Positions 62,981 to 64,000 of a DNA stretch of 64,000 nucleotides are shown here, one piece after another. The stretch's first letter is position 1. Each line of letters begins with the position of its first letter. Source of the stretch: Gammaproteobacteria bacterium (GTDB taxonomy: Bacteria; Pseudomonadota; Gammaproteobacteria; Eutrophobiales; Eutrophobiaceae); contig OZ241847.1 in the NCBI GenBank assembly GCA_965202915.1, positions 1,601,288-1,665,287 on the forward strand, given 5' to 3'. The position numbers and the translations under genes were made by a program. The notes below the pieces were generated by a model. That model was given only the letters and a program-made list of their open reading frames with translations, was not told the DNA's origin and ran no database searches.

Positions 62981-63104
62981 TTTTATTTGATAACCGCGTG
63001 ACGTAGGTCTATACTGGCTATATGAGAGATATGAGCATACCGGTAACACCCTGTGGCAAGCGGAAGACCCCTGCCATACCGATAAAATTATCCGGTACCT
63101 GAAT

Positions 63105-63950
63105 ATGGAAGCCATCGCATTTGATACGCATAAATTCGTCAAGCACCTGACTGAATCGGGTTTCACCGAAACGCAGGCGGAAGCCCTGGCCGGTGAGCAG
63201 GTCGATATGATTAACAGCAATCTGGCCACCAGGGAGGACATAGAGAAACTACGCCTGACTACCAGCGAGAACATGGAGAAACTACGCTTGGCCACCCAGT
63301 CAGACATTGCCGAGGTGAAGGCGGACATAGAGAAACTGCGCCTGGCCACCAGCGAGGACATGGAGAAACTGCGCCTGGCCACCCAGTCCGACATTGTCGA
63401 GGTGAAAGCGGACATCGAGAAACTGCGCCTGGCCACCCAGGCGGACATTGCCGAGGTGAAGGCGGACATAGAGAAACTGCGCCTGGCCACCCAGTCCGAC
63501 ATTGCCGAGGTGAGGGCGGACATAGAGAAACTGCGCGCGGACACCCAGGCGGATATTGCCGAGGTGAAGGCGGACATAGAGAAACTGCGCGCGGACACCA
63601 AGACCGACATTGCCGAGGTGAAGGCGGACATAGAGAAACTGCGCGCGGACACCAAGACCGACATTGCCGAGGTGAAGGCGGACATAGAGAAACTGCGCGC
63701 GGACACCAAGACCGACATTGCCGAGGTGAAGGCGGACATAGAGAAACTGCGCCTGGCCACCCAGGCGGACATAGAGAAACTGCGCGCGGACACCAAGGCC
63801 GACATTGCCGAGGTGAAGGCGGACATCGAGAAGCTGCGCCTCGCCACCCAGGCGGACATTGCTAATACCGAATCAAGACTGACGCGCTGGATCGTTGGTG
63901 CGATGATTGCACAGATCGGCGTGGTTGTCGGGTTGATTAAATTGAGTTGA
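63105..63950 (+). CDS. DUF1640-family protein, long variant (about 13 tandem 18-aa / 54-bp units).
   Basis: Same N- and C-termini as the gene at 61979-62401, with an expanded 'DIAEVKADIEKLR(L/A)(A/D)T(Q/K)' repeat array. Confidence 0.65.
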   Translation: MEAIAFDTHKFVKHLTESGFTETQAEALAGEQVDMINSNLATREDIEKLRLTTSENMEKLRLATQSDIAEVKADIEKLRLATSEDMEKLRLATQSDIVEVKADIEKLRLATQADIAEVKADIEKLRLATQSDIAEVRADIEKLRADTQADIAEVKADIEKLRADTKTDIAEVKADIEKLRADTKTDIAEVKADIEKLRADTKTDIAEVKADIEKLRLATQADIEKLRADTKADIAEVKADIEKLRLATQADIANTESRLTRWIVGAMIAQIGVVVGLIKLS

Positions 63951-64000
63951 CAGGAGTCGGGGTCTCCCGACCCCGATACAACCCACACCCGACACGCCGG

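Noticed and set aside
61585-63988. Very long minus-strand ORFs (299 and 425 aa) opposite the DUF1640 repeat genes
   Set aside because: They are antisense readings of the 54-bp tandem coding repeats, giving low-complexity 'SFSMSAFTSAMS' repeats. Their N-terminal parts run through REP elements. The plus-strand genes have coherent N- and C-termini.

Overview
This 64 kb window is a gammaproteobacterial chromosomal segment with Pseudomonas-like core synteny, interrupted by three low-GC accessory insertions.

Core genes run in conserved blocks:
- mscS-mgtE
- queD-dat-dacA-rlpA-mltB-rodA-mrdA-mreDCB, divergent from gatCAB
- envC-gpmI, divergent from rhodanese-secB-gpsA
- hspQ, ilvE, tatABC
- pheS-rplT-rpmI-infC-thrS
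- algZ/algR, divergent from argH-asmA-mutY-yggX

The three accessory insertions are:
- about 2.2-3.7 kb: a beta-class DNA methyltransferase plus a candidate PD-(D/E)xK restriction endonuclease.
- about 8.6-17.55 kb, between mscS and queD: a modular island whose gene modules are separated by three diverged direct repeats. It carries a frameshifted NYN-domain gene, a frameshifted 490-aa coiled-coil protein of unknown function, an HTH-fused gamma-class N6A methyltransferase, a restriction-modification (R-M) module, and a diverged DprA-like gene.
- about 30.9-35.5 kb, between gatB and envC: an inverted-repeat-flanked 1 kb cargo unit encoding a secreted protein with an in-frame stop, an IS91-family transposase remnant, and an R-M module with two methyltransferases.

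In total there are five DNA methyltransferases in 64 kb.

The last 15 kb is rich in REP/BIME-like mosaic palindromic repeats. It also contains a secreted metzincin-LRR-dockerin-like protein, and a tandemly duplicated cluster of DUF1640-like genes whose coding 54-bp repeats and upstream 120-bp repeats differ in copy number.

I saw no rRNA, tRNA or CRISPR array.

The best candidates for a new or poorly described system are the repeat-delimited defence-type island containing the DprA-like paralog, and the hypervariable DUF1640 repeat locus.
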